In this document: piece after piece, positions 48,141-64,000 of the stretch
Layout: every line of letters begins with the position of its first letter
Position numbering within the stretch: position 1 is the first letter of the stretch
NCBI RefSeq assembly: GCF_009914755.1
Contig: NC_060928.1
Direction: 5' to 3' (one strand)
DNA: 64,000 nucleotides
DNA from: the human T2T-CHM13v2.0 reference genome, Homo sapiens
Position numbers and translations under genes: made by a program
The notes under the pieces: model-generated
What the model was told of the DNA's origin: nothing
Database searches by the model: none
Seen by the model: only the letters and a program-made list of their open reading frames with translations

Positions 48141-48548
48141 TCAGTTATGGTAAGTGTTTGTAAAACGATGCGCCTAGAGACTGTCCTTGTGCCTGAAGTG
48201 ATTTCTCTCTACTGCTTTGAGAACTAAGTTGTTTGCTGTGTGGGGAAGGGTCCATGTAGGCACCTCATACCAGGAGAAGATGAGCTTCCCAGAGTGGTGA
48301 CTTCACATGTCTCTGTAATTATGCTCAGCAGGCTCAATAACCACTGGAAAACAAAGGTATGTTTCTTTTTTCTTCTAATATTACTACTGGAAGTTTAATG
48401 TCACTTTGTGGATTTAAACTGAACGGAGAAGAAAGCATTTTCTATTTCTTTGGATCACGTATGGAAACATCAACCTTCAGTTTGGACGTTAGCCACATAG
48501 GACCAGAAAACCCTTTCACTAGCACATCTTCTTTAAAAATAGACAATT

Positions 48549-48876
<328 letters not shown>

Positions 48877-49625
48877 TTATACCCAGACACAAATATGTAC
48901 AATTGTGTGAGAATGTGATCCAGTCAACTCCATGTTAACCTCAATGTCATAGGGAGTAGGGATGTGGAAAATAAGGGAAAGCGCCGAAGATTTTAAAGAA
49001 TGATTTAAAGTCTTAGTTCTAACTAAGATGGGCACTTGCTTTGAGACACTGGCAATCACTCCTGTAAGTGGTCTGCTGCCTGGAGCCCGAGACGCTGGGG
49101 AAGCGGGGTAGAAGCAGCCCCTCCTTCCCTTCATCCTCTCTTGTAGATGACTGCCCTGAGCTAGGGCTCGGAGAGGGGGGAGACCTGGCGCTGTGGGAAG
49201 GGTGTGATTGGGAAACACCAGCACACGCAGAGTCTGATGGCCACTCTAGAGTACACCCAGGTCTGTCTCCCCGACCCACTGCTTTTATACACTGTGGGTA
49301 AATACGTGTAGGAAAGTACATGGAGCCTTACGGACTCCGAGAAAAGACGTCTTTTATATTTTATTAGATATAGTGTCAGTCTTTTAACCATATTCTCATG
49401 TTACAGTTGTTATGAAGCTGTATTTCAGTGGTGCAGTTATAGAACTGCATGACCGAGGAGTGCAGGAAGAAATGAAGACGTAATAAATGTGTGACATGCC
49501 AAGCTGTGTTAAGTACATGATTATAATCCTGCTATAAAGGTATTCTCTTCTTACAGATAAGGCAATTGCTGCTTAAAAAACTTGCTTCAGCTAGTAGCAC
49601 TGAAATCCTGAAGGCTAATGGCATA

Positions 49626-49770
49626 GAATTGTGCTATCCAGTATGGTAACCACCAGCCATATGAATATTTACATTAAGTAAAATTTAAAAGTTTAGTGCT
49701 AAGTTGCATTAGACACATTTCAAGTGCTCAATAGCTATCATTTCTAATACTGCAGAAAGCTCTGTGAAGG
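49626..49770. mobile_element. MER3-like hAT fragment
   Basis: GTGCTATCCAGTATGGTAACCAC..ACATTTCAAGTGCTCAATAGC. Confidence 0.6.
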
Positions 49771-49835
49771 ATTTGGCATAGAACATGTAGTAGGCATTCT
49801 TATCAATACTTTCATCCAGTTTATTCAAACATTAC

Positions 49836-50140
49836 TGCTATGGTTTGACTAGTAAGTTCCCTTGGAAATCCCAGTGTTGCTAGTGTGATCGTATCAAGAG
49901 GTGGGGCTCTTAAGAGGCGACGAGGCCATGAGAGCACCTCCCTCATGAATAGGACTAAAGCCCTTTTTATAAAAGAGGTTTCCTGTAGCTTTCTGCTGTC
50001 ACGTGAGGACATGATGGTCCTCCCCTCTGGAGGTTGCAGCCCTCTCCTGGCCTCTGGAACTGTGAGAAATAAATTTCTGTTTCTCATAAATTACCTAGTG
50101 TGTGATATTCTGTTACAGCAGCACAGAACAGACAAAGACA
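49836..50140 (+). mobile_element. MaLR solo LTR (MST/MLT1A-like)
   Basis: TGCTATGGTTTGA start; AACTGTGAGAAATAAATTTCTGTT..CAGACAAAGACA end. Confidence 0.85.
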
Positions 50141-50144
50141 TTCA

Positions 50145-50369
<225 letters not shown>

Positions 50370-51406
50370 CTAAGAAAAGCACAGTTTCATCATTGTATTT
50401 GTGATCCACTAGATGAAATTATAAGGGAATACTAGACAGAAAAGAACTCTGTGTTTCCTAGATAGCACTATTAATCATCTCTAGGAAAGAGCGGTAGGCC
50501 TTTGGACGCATTTCACACTAGCACACATGCCTAACACAGTGTGGAGGCGAGTTCCTCCGCTGTCTGTCCACAGTGCAGGTGAGATCACAGTCCAGGCAGC
50601 TTATGGCAGAGGAAGACCAGCTGTCCTAGGTTTCAGGATTTGGGGATCTTCAGAGTAAGGATCAGGAAGATGCCAAATAGGAACTCAGTGTCTGAAAGGC
50701 GTGAGGCACAGCAGAGGAGGGGAAACCACTGATGCTAAGGGAGAGTTCGAGCTCCCGGTGGATTCTAGAGATAGCAGCTGCTGCGATCAAAGACAACCCA
50801 GGATAAACGCTGTATGTAGGCTCAAGCACATTTGCCTCATACTCTGCTACAGTGAATTTGAATTCATTTAAAAAATTCCAGATGGCTGCTTATCTATCCA
50901 AAGATGGCCTTAGTTGTTATGTGTCTCTTGCAAATTTGCCATTAACTCCTCTCTCACAAGTAGGACTCAGCCCCCATTTCCTTCTCCTTATAGGATTTTT
51001 TGGAAACTGTTTCAACCATTGATGAAAGAGATTATATTTCTGTGAAAATCTTAGATGGATTTTATTTGTAACTAATTCTTGGTATATTTTACTTATTAGT
51101 ATCAATTTCTCAAGTCAACGGTAATATTCATCTGTTCATGCTTAGAAGGATTTTGGCTGTAATTTCAGGACTGTTTCTCTTCTTTTAGCTTTGATACTAT
51201 AGTATACAAAATACTCTCACATTCATGGTTTCCTTCGGTAGAGGTAGGGAAGGGGACATTTATAAATAAAAGGGCTTTGAGATCCTAAAATGTATGCTTT
51301 CTTTACATTTAAAGGAACTATAAGAGATATTTAAAACGACATTCCCCACCATTTTCTCAAAAAAAGCAGTGAAACAAATATTAATCTAAATATAACACTA
51401 GCATTA

Positions 51407-51604
<198 letters not shown>

Positions 51605-51607
51605 TTA

Positions 51608-51952
<345 letters not shown>

Positions 51953-52401
51953 TCAGGCACTCCCAGGAGCTCTGGGATATAAGAAATTTCCTTCCTTTTA
52001 CAGCTGCCTGAGTTGATTTAAGTCTCGATATGGGCTTCCTTTTTTCTCTCCTCCCTCCCATCTAATAACCCTTATCCTGAATCAGCACAGTTCTTAGAAC
52101 TGGCTAAAGTGGAAGAATGGCCAGGAACAGCTTTCACATTTATAATTCTTACGATACACTTGCGAGCCCCTAACAAACACCGTCTTCCATTCAAGCATAC
52201 TTTTACTGTGTGCTCATAGTTTGTATCTAATATACAAATCTTATGCACTAATACGACATCTGCTACGTGGTCACAAGGAAAGCATAGAAGATATTCTAAC
52301 CACTAGCAAGAACAGATCTGTACCCTCCACCCCCAAATCCATCAGACACAAACCTTCAAACATCACCCAAAAGAAGAAAATAATATTGGACAATCAAATA
52401 T

Positions 52402-52879
<478 letters not shown>

Positions 52880-52903
52880 TTAACCACTGTGACCAAGACA
52901 TTA

Positions 52904-53023
<120 letters not shown>

Positions 53024-53584
53024 CTAGAAGCACCCAGAAGATATTTAATTATTTTTATTATGATCTTAAAGTAATCCCAAAGGCACCAAGTGGTCAAGTG
53101 TTTGTGCCCAAGTTAAACACACAGTTAACAAGCAATGCAGCCATATCTGAACCCATGCCCCACGCTGAGGAAGCATGCTCTCAGCCATGGTGCTCTGCCA
53201 TCCTCAGAGTAACAGGCGCACGATGAGCCCTCAGCAAACATTTGTTGCCAGGATAGACGAAGGTGCCATCGAAAAGTGAGAGAGTAAGTGGGATATAGGT
53301 GAACAGCTGCCCAAATAGTCAACAAATGGTGAAAGACAGTCAGTCCCTTTTCAAGTCTTCCCGGGGAAGTCAATGAAAAACCGAAACTACATTACTGAAG
53401 TTGAGGGGACAGCTGGCATAGCCATTCCTCAGTCTACTTCCCAGGCCACCCCAACAAGATGTGGAGAAAGAGGGCGATTTCCTCCTATGCTATCCAGGAA
53501 CAACTAAAGCTTCCCCTAAGTACTAGATAAAAATCAAGGCTTCAATTATTATTAATATGAAGATACCTGGTAATACAAACATAC

Positions 53585-54382
<798 letters not shown>

Positions 54383-54532
54383 TCATATAAAATCCATCTA
54401 ACACTGTTGACATTCTTGCTTTCTAGTGCTCATTCCTACAACTGGCCTCCTTAGCTCAAGGAAGAAATATTACCTGAAAAAACGTCATGGTCACAGGCCC
54501 TAACACTGTGCCTTGTGTAATAAAGCAATACT

Positions 54533-54840
54533 GGCCGGGCGCGGTGGCTCACGCCTGTAAATCTCAGCACTCTGGGAGGCCGAGGCGGGTGGATCACCTG
54601 AGTTTGGGAGTTCAAGACTAGCCTGACCAACATGGAGAAACCCCGTCTCTACTAAAAATGCAAAATTAGCAGGGCGTGGTGGTGCATGCCTATAATCCCA
54701 GCTACTCGGGAGACTCAGGCAGGAGAATAGCTTGACCCCAGGAGGCGGAGGCTGCGGTGAGCCAAGATTGCATCACTGCACTCAAGCCTGGGCAACAAGA
54801 GCGAAACTCCATCTCAAAACAACAACAACAACAACAAACA
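54533..54840 (+). mobile_element. Alu with (AAC)n tail
   Basis: Alu consensus. Confidence 0.93.
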
Positions 54841-55360
54841 ATACTTGTTGATTGGTTTCACACTAACCCTGCTCATGGCCAAGTAGAGCCCTAACAGTGC
54901 AGGGCTGGGTATAAGTCTATGCATTGGTTTGTCTTCAATGGGCAAAGCTCTCTGGAGAGGTGAGTTAAATTCTTAATTTGAGCCTTAATGAGAGTTCCTC
55001 TAACCAAATGAGCAACCCATCCCTAATATAACATTTTTAAGACTTTAGGGAAGATAAGGTATTTAAATAATAATTGCAAGTCAAGCCTGGCATTGTTCTC
55101 TTTAACAAACGTGACATCTGCTTTCTGTTTTCTAGAAGCATGTCCTTAAGTCCTGAGAGTAAAATCAAGACCTAACTATCTGTGAGACCTCACTGACGAT
55201 TTGCTACCAGATAAATGAGCAATTTCACAGATTCTTGCGGGAAAACTCAAAAGGACTAATGATTAACCACTTCCTTGAAATCAATAAAACACATTATTTC
55301 TTGTCTCGTTTGCTCTAGCATGCAAAATGAACTGTTAAAGTGTTTTCCAAGGGAAGCTTA

Positions 55361-55504
<144 letters not shown>

Positions 55505-56183
55505 CTATAAGCAAGAAGAAAAAATAAGTGGTAGAAATTTCTTCCTCCAGCGAAGTGCAAAGAGAGACTCTATTCCCACCAGGTGCTCATTAGGAAAAGC
55601 ATCCTTCTCTCATCGCCTAGATAGAACACCAACCACCAACTCCAGGACGTGAACATTCTTTACTAGGACACCAAGACCCTCCTCCCTAGCTGAGAGACAG
55701 CCATTCTCCATGTCATTTTCCACAGCATCGCATTCACCATGAGACCTGTTTGCACGTCCTGTCTGGCTATGGGTTTATACATCAAGATGGGTCAAGTCAC
55801 CCAGCACAAGTGTTGCCACTTAGTGGGACCTGGTGACACTGCCCACAGTCAGAGCTCTTCTGCACTGGTACCTTCTCTGCCCTTGTAACTGACACTCATC
55901 GGACGAATCCATTTCAAATTAAAGCACTTGTCTATTTTACCTGGGAATACACTTTATTTTAGCTGTTGTTGAGTTTTATCTTCCTGTCTGTATTGGATTG
56001 CCATGTTATAAGATGGATCACAGTTGAATGGTAAATCAGTGTCTTCATATAAAATGTAGCGGTCACCTCATTTGGGGTGAAGGAGTCCAGGTTGGCCTAG
56101 GCTGAGGGTAGTGAGACAGCAAACTCAGTTGTTGCTACACTTTTGTATTTACTCCTTGGCATTCCACTGTTATGGCTTACTTT

Positions 56184-56264
56184 CACCAATCAGAAACAAG
56201 CTTCCAGCAAAGGTTCCTGATTGGTGGTCAAGAGAAGAAATAGAGAGACCCTTAGTGTGATTGG
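56184..56264. promoter_or_regulatory. Cluster of three CCAAT boxes (candidate LRP2BP proximal promoter)
   Basis: CCAATCAG 56186, CTGATTGG 56217, GTGATTGG 56257; ~700 nt upstream of the ATG. Confidence 0.4.
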
Positions 56265-57108
56265 AAAGCTGCATTTTTATATCATTCCATGATGCTATTT
56301 TAGACAATAAATTGCTTAAGTGAGAATGAAGTGCAGAAAAAAGGAACATTTAGTAGGGGAAAAAAATCACTGAATTATCTTTGTGATTTTGGAAGAGTCA
56401 TTTAATCTTTTTAAGAGTCAATTTCCTCATCTTTAAGTTGGACTATAAGTGGTCTGCATTAAAGGATTTTATAATGTTCCTTTTTAGATATATACAATTC
56501 TTGATTATATGATTCCCCAAATCTTATGGTTGCCTTTAGTGAATATGAAATTTCCCAATGAGCTTTACTTAGGGTGAAGCAATATTAGGTAAGGTATTAA
56601 GAAGAAAAACAATCCCTATCGGATGGTGCAGATAGCACTCATTTATGACTGAAAGATTGGATGTGGAAGTTTTATTTTCATTGAAGACATTAACTCAATA
56701 TGCTACTTATCCAAAAAGGCTAAGAAAAAACTGGCATATTCAGGAAGGGCATCAGAAATGAAACAAATCAGAAAACAATACCTTACTTTGTTTAAAACTC
56801 ATGTTGCCTTTTGTGGTTAGAAGACTGCACATGGTTTTTGCTGCTGTAGCTTAAAAGAAGTTTTGGAGATGTTTGGAAAACTAAATCAAAGATTTACTGA
56901 GCTCTTATTAAATGCCAAGTATTGACCTTTGTTGTAAGGCTTTCTAGGCAGCGCCGACAAAACTTTACGAAATAAGGTTCATTATGAGGCTCGTTTAACG
57001 TATGGGGAAACCAAGGGACAGTGGGGAAGTTAAGTAACTTGCCCAAGGCCACAGGGCTAGTTAAGGACAGGTAAGCAGAACAGCTGGCGTGTCCCAGCAC
57101 CTGCGCAC

Positions 57109-57420
57109 TTCTCTCTCTCTCTCTCTCTCTCTGAGACAGCGTCTCACTCTGTCATCCAGGCTAGAAGAGTGCATTGGTACAATCATAGCTCTCAACTGCA
57201 GCCTCAACCTCTTGGGCTCAGGTGATCCACCCACCTCAGCCTCCCAAGTACTTGGGACTACAGGCATATGCCATGACATCCAGCTAATTCCTTAAAATTT
57301 TTGTAGAGATGGGGTCTCCATGTTATGCAGGCTGGTCTCAAGTTCCTGGGCTCCAGCAATCCTCCTGTCTCAGCTTCCCAGTGTGCTGCGGTTACCGCAG
57401 TGAGTCACCGTGTCCAGGCA
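57109..57420 (-). mobile_element. Alu (J-like) with (CT)n tail
   Basis: Reverse Alu. Confidence 0.9.
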
Positions 57421-57566
57421 ATACAATAAATATTGCCTTTTTGATGGATTTACTGGGTATTTATTGGATTGACTAGATATTTATTATGTTTTGGGAATTT
57501 TTAGCTTCCTGTCTTGGATTGGCGTCTTTTATTAGCTCCCAAACATTCTCAGGGATAATTTATTTG

Positions 57567-58030
57567 TGTTTGTTAGTTTCCTGGGGCCGCTAAAACAAAA
57601 TATCAAAAACTTTGTGGCTTAAAAGAACAGAAATTTCCTCTCTCACAGTTCCGGAGCCTAGAAGTCCAAAATCAAGGTGTTGGCAGGGCCATGCTTCCTC
57701 TGGCCCTAGGGAAAAATCATCCTAAGCATTCCCCACCAGCTTCTGGTGGTTTCTGGTGATGTCTGGTGTTCCTAGGCTTGTAGTTGCACAACTCAACCTC
57801 TGCCTCTGTGTTTACATGGCCTTCCCTTCATGTCTCCTCTATCTCTGTGTGTCCTCTCCTCCCTCTTATGAGGACACCAGTCATTGGAGTTGGCACCCAC
57901 CCTAATCCAACATGACTTCCTCTTAACTTGATTACATGTAAAATATCCTATTTCCAAAGAGGTTCACATTCACAGGTTTCAGGAGTTAGCACTCAGATAT
58001 ATCTTTGGTTGGAAACACAAGTCAACCCAC
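57567..58030 (-). mobile_element. MaLR LTR (MLT1C/D-like)
   Basis: GGCTTAAAAGAACAGAAATTT..AAGTCCAAAATCAAGGTGTTGGCAGGGCC. Confidence 0.8.
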
Positions 58031-58234
58031 CATGCTCTTCAGAGGCCCCAATCTATTTCATTTTTCTCTCCAGCATTTTGATAAGACCTTCTCCTCATGT
58101 CTCTTAAATTTGCCTTTCAGATTTTCCATCGTTTTTTTTCTCTCTGACACACTCTGGGTAATCTCTTCAGTAATCTCTCCCTTTTTATTAATTCTCTCTT
58201 TAGCCACATCTAGTCTGCCATTAAAGCAATCCAT

Positions 58235-60375
58235 TTAAAAACTGTTTACTGAAGTAAATGAAAGATACAGAAATGTATATGTAAGTTTACAGCTTGATAG
58301 ATTTTCACAAGCCAAACACATCCATGTAACTAGCTCTCAGATCAAGAAAGAGATCCTTACCAGCACTTTGGAAGTCCTGTTGTATTCCCTTCTAGTCACT
58401 ACATGAACTCAAGTGTAAATCCTATATGCACCTGTAATGGCACAAGTTACTTTTTCTTGTTTTTTACACTATATAAATGGAATCATACAGTGTGTAATAT
58501 TTTGTGTCTAGCTTCTTTCCCTTGACATTGATTCATCCATTTTGTTGTGTTAGTTGTAATTTTTTTCCTTCATATTGTTGTATTACATTGTGTGAATATA
58601 TCACAATTTATCTTTTCTACTTGATGGACTTTGGGTAGCTTCTGTTTTGGACGATTAGGAACATTCTTGGGCCTGCTTTTTCCTGAAAATTTATACATGT
58701 TTTTGTTGGGGATAAACATAGTAGTAGTAGTTACTGGGTCAATGACTATGCATAGTCAGCTTTTGTAGATACTGCCAAATAGTTTCCAAGTGATTGGGCA
58801 CAAAATCCCTTTTTAAATTAATTGCTGATTTAGATTTCTGGTAGTTTGAGTAATTTATGGGAAGACTGCTTGGTTCATTTGAGTTCTGAATATAAATCAC
58901 CCATTCAATTAGGCTGACTTTTCAGGAGTCCTAGTAAAAAGTTTTTAGTTGTCCTGACTATGACAAGTATGAGACAGCCTCTAATTCAGGCTGAAGAGTC
59001 CTGGCTATTTCCAAAGAGGGACAGGAAACTACAGCTGTTTTGGGGGGCTTCAGTCTGTTCCTCAGAAGAATGTGAGGAAATTATTGTATGGCTCATCCTG
59101 CATCTTTATACTTCTGATTTCCTGAATTAACATTTATGTTAATCCATTTGTTACACTTTTTACAAATTGATATATAATTCACATACCATAAAATTCACCC
59201 TTTTAAAGTGTACAATTCAGAGGTTTTTAATATAATTACAAAGTTGTGCAATAATTACCGCTATGGAATTCCAAAACCTTTTCATCATCCAGAAGAAACA
59301 CTGTAGCATCGGCAGCCACTCCCCATTCTCCTCCCTTCAGTTCCTGGCAAACACTAATCTACTTTCTGTCTCTATGGATTTGCCTATTTTGGATATTCTA
59401 TATAAATGGAATCATAGAATATGTGGCCTTTTATGTCTGGCTTCTTTCACTTAGCATAATGTTTACAACATTCATGTACTTTGTTGCATGTATCAATATT
59501 TCATTCCTTTTTATGGATGATTAACATTTCATTATATGGATTTTTAAAAAATCTGTTCATCAGTTGATAAGCACTTGGATTGTTTCCAGCTTTGGCCTAT
59601 TATGAATAGTGCTGCAACAAACGTCTGCGTACTAGTTTTTGTGAGGATACATGTTTTCAATTCTCTTGGGTATGTACCTAGGAGTGGAATTGCTGGGTCA
59701 TATGGTAATTCTATGTTTGACATTTTGGGAAATTGCCAATCTGTATTTCAAAGTGGTTGTACCATTTCACATCCCTACCAATAGTGTATAAGGTTCTACA
59801 TCCTCACCAACACCTGTTGTTGCCTATCTTTATTATCACCATCCTAGTGGATGTGAAGCGCTATCTCATTGTTGTTTTGATTTGCATTTCTCTAATGAAA
59901 AATCATGTTGAGCATCTTTTCCTGTGCTTCTTACCCATTTTGCATTTGTATTTGTAAATGTCTATTCAAAGCTTTTGCCCATTTTCCAGTTGGGTTATAA
60001 TAGTTCTTTATATATCCTACATACTAGTCTCATACCAGTGTATAATTTGCAATTTTTTCCCAATGTGTGGATGTTTTTCTTTAACAGTTTCTTTTGATCC
60101 CAAAACCTTTTATTTTTAATGAAGTCCAGTTTTTCTATTTTTTCTTTTCTTGCCTGTGCTTTAGGTGTCACATCTAAAAGAAACCATTGCCTAATCCAAG
60201 GTCACAAAAGTTTACCCCTGTGCCTTCTTCTAAGAGTTTTATATTTACTCTTACATTTAGGTCTTTGATCCATTGAGTTCATTCTGTATATGAGGGAAAG
60301 GTCCAAATCAGTTCTTTTGCATGTGGATATCCATTTGCCCAGTACCTGTTTGTTGAAAAGATCATTCTTCCCTCA
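58235..60375 (-). mobile_element. L1M fragments (two 3' ends)
   Basis: Reverse L1M 3'UTR/ORF2 motifs at ~58235-58800 and ~59155-60375. Confidence 0.8.
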
Positions 60376-60476
60376 TCATTTGTTATACTTTCACCTCAGT
60401 AGTTGTGTTTTGAAGTATGTATATTAAATCTTTTATAGGCAACCTTGCATTTAAACTTTGTGCTCTGAACCATCTA

Positions 60477-60806
<330 letters not shown>

Positions 60807-60841
60807 TTAAGTATGTTAGTGTCGTTTGTGGGTTGTGTGCC

Positions 60842-61331
60842 TGTGCAGAAAACAGTTACCACGGCAGGCCCGAGGCTGCCATCTTTACAAGAGCATACTG
60901 GCAAGGCTGGCATTTGGCTGACATCAGGAACTTGGCACTTCCATCCCCTAACTGGTAAGACTGGTTTTGCTGTGTTTAAACTGTTGCATAAACAATGTGA
61001 TTTGTGGTGACTATCTGCTTTCCTTGTGGAATTCTGTCATTTTGGTAGCTGCTAGGCAGAGGATGCCTACATGACTTGCCCCCAACAAAAACATCCCTCC
61101 GGGCTTCCTTTGGGACAAACACTGTGCCCATGTCCCTGCATTCTTCACTACTGGAGACAGGCAGGTGCGCCGTGTTTTTCCTCATGGAAGGGAGAGAACA
61201 TAAGCCTGGGCGTGGATTTCTTCAGATTCCACCTGTGCCTTTGTTGTTGTTGCTAATCTTGTTGTGTATTCCTTTGCTGTAATAACTGTTGCCCATGAGT
61301 ACAACTATATGCTGAGTCCTAGTCCTGACAC
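60842..61331 (+). mobile_element. ERVL-type solo LTR (MER68-like)
   Basis: TGTGCAGAAAACAGTTACCACGGCAGGCC start; GAGTACAACTATATGCTGAGTCCT near the end. Confidence 0.7.
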
Positions 61332-61337
61332 AGTACC

Positions 61338-61692
61338 TGCTATGCTTAGAGTGTGTGTCCCTCCAAAGTTCACATGTTGAAACTTAACCCCCTAAGGTGA
61401 TGGTATTAAGAGGTGGAGCCCTGGGGAGTGACGGGAGGGTTCTGCTCTTAAGGATGGGATTTGTGCCCTTAGGAAAGGGTTAGATGCAGAGAGCTCACTC
61501 TTTTGCCATTCTGCCTTCTGCCATGTGAGGACACAACAAGGCACTGTCCTGAAAGCTCTCACCAGACACTGAATCTGCCAGTGCCTTGATTTTGGACTTC
61601 CCAACCTCCAGAACTATGAGAAATCAATTTCGATTGTTTATAAATTACCCAACTAAGGAATTTTGTTATAGAAGGAGGAACAGACTAAAACA
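61338..61692 (+). mobile_element. MaLR solo LTR (MST/MLT1A-like)
   Basis: TGCTATG..GTTGAAACTTAACCCC..CAGACTAAAACA. Confidence 0.8.
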
Positions 61693-62917
61693 CCACCCTA
61701 GACTATGTCATATAAATAGGAGCCTAGACATTCCATTTAACTTTCAATGGGCCAAGTGTTTAAAGTTTCTGGGTTTTTAAAATTAATTACATTTGCTGAT
61801 GCTTCTGACTGGCTCTTTTGACACTTAATAGTTGGCCTAATCCATTGTTGAAATGAAATAATGAATAGCTGTATTTAAAGTTCTTTTAAAATTGAGGTTC
61901 AACACTGAAGTTCCTTTCATACTAGATAATGTTCCTAGTGCCCAAGAAAACAGAGATAAATAAGCCTCCCCGGCAAACCCTCAAACCCGTGTTTATTGTT
62001 ATTTTTCCTTTCATTACTATTGCCTAATAGTAGTTTTTTAAAAACCCCATAGTGTTCATATAGTAATTGGAAACACCATCTACACATATATGATGAAAAA
62101 TTAGAAGAGAATAACTTACTGAGATCTCAAAAGACAATACTGATTCAGGCAGTAGCTTTCTGTTCTTCCCACTCCGCCCTGCATCCCCCTCCCCGCCCCC
62201 CGTCCCCCGCCGCCCCTTTCAGCTAGGTCCGTTTGTGTGTTTAAAACAAAAGTGCTTTTTTCCCACCCCTTCCTTTTGGGTGTGGCAGATTTACACCATC
62301 AGGCCCTGAAGAGAGGAAAAGTGTGGGGAAAGACAGGATGTGTTTTATGACCAGATAAGCTGTGGCAAGCACGGGATGAAAGAGTCCAGTAGCTTTTGAT
62401 TTTATTTTTCTCTGATTTACCATGTATTCTGTGATCAAATAAAACAGGCTAAGAAACACTGATACGTTCAAAATCTTCCCGCCGTTTGTGTGGGCCCACA
62501 CGTCTATTTGTTCTGTTCCCAATGGGGAAACCTTGTTGGCAGTTACAGCTGCCGGGTCTTCTCTGGAGCCGATACTGTTACAGTTATAAATACACTCCGG
62601 GATGATTTACCCCCGGAGGTCAGCTAGTAAAATACATGAGTAGAATTCCTTAAAGTATGTGATAATTGCTCATCACTATCCAAGTGTGACATAAATCATA
62701 AAAAGAATTGACAAAATCAGGGTCGCAAAGAGAATTGAAAAAAATCTGTCACAACCAAAATTTAAATTGACCTCTGTCCTAGAGTATGAGAGCCACACTG
62801 AACAGAAAAACCAGATAAATCTTTTATAAAATATTCATTTGCAGCCCCATTAACGTTGCTTGTCACCCCACCTCCCCATGTCCTTGGACAAACTGAATGT
62901 ATAGTAACATCATCCCA

Positions 62918-63241
<324 letters not shown>

Positions 63242-64000
63242 TTATACTGTCAAGCTCAAGGTGTCTGCAGCCTTATCTTCAGGGGAAGTTGTGTCTTTCT
63301 CAGGGAAGATACAGATTTCAATTTAGAGCAAGACAGAGAGAAGTTACATTCAGAGAGGAAAATGCAGTAGTCTAACTGAAATGAAAAACAAAACAAAGAG
63401 TCGTGGTATCACCATTATTATGCAGTCACATTTGAGAAGTTCTGGACAAAAAATAAAACACAAAACAAGCAAGATATATTTTAAAAAGAAGCATAATTAT
63501 CTTTCTTGTACATGATGATTGGATCTCTGGGAATCCAAAGGGATCAGCTTAAAGGCTGCCTGATATGATTAGCTCAGGAGAGTGGCAGGGTATGAAATAA
63601 ATGAACAAAAATGAAAAGCATATCTTTCATAGCCAGTGAGAAAGTACACTGGGCAAGGAATGCTCATTTGTAATAACACAAAAATATAAACTATGTGGGA
63701 ATAACCTCAGATAAGTGTCTATGACCTATATGCAAAAAACTATTAACATTTTAAATACTAATTTTAAAAATCCAGGCATCAGTCAGAGGCCCAGAAAGTG
63801 GTGGGCAGAGAGGACAAGAGAAAAGGCTGGGCTCCAGCCTACCTCAGTGCTCTTAAGGGCATGGGGCAGGTGGATTCCAGCCATTTCTGTGCTTTGGAAA
63901 AGCTGCCTGATGGTGTTTTAGTCTTTGCACAAGCTGCATCCTCACTAGTCCTGGCCCAAACTTTTGGCTATAGGAGACAGGTACACCCCAACGTGACCCC

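Overview
Primate (human-like) genomic DNA, rich in Alu, L1 and LTR elements. It holds two convergent genes. On the + strand are the last 11 coding exons of sorting nexin 25 (SNX25; RGS, coiled-coil, PX and Nexin-C regions; stop at 40754-40756). On the - strand is the complete 8-exon CDS of LRP2BP (Sel1-like repeats; 1044 nt = 347 aa plus stop; ATG at 55483, stop at 44471). All exon boundaries were read by hand and the phases join in frame. Candidate poly(A) signals for the two genes cross near 41.2 kb, predicting a short tail-to-tail overlap. An antisense class I ERV provirus (1615-7785; two LTRs, decayed tRNA-Phe PBS, gag and env remnants) lies in an SNX25 intron. I see no prokaryotic-type system, CRISPR array or RNA gene, and I cannot support a wholly new biological system. 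The best leads are RNA-level: a candidate in-frame hydrophobic cassette exon and a candidate poison exon in SNX25, a ~320-nt fold-back in the LRP2BP 3'UTR, the crossing poly(A) signals, and a two-way poly(A) hairpin plus GATA/TEAD array in the LTRs. Gene and repeat names are from recognition, not database search. Repeat boundaries are approximate.
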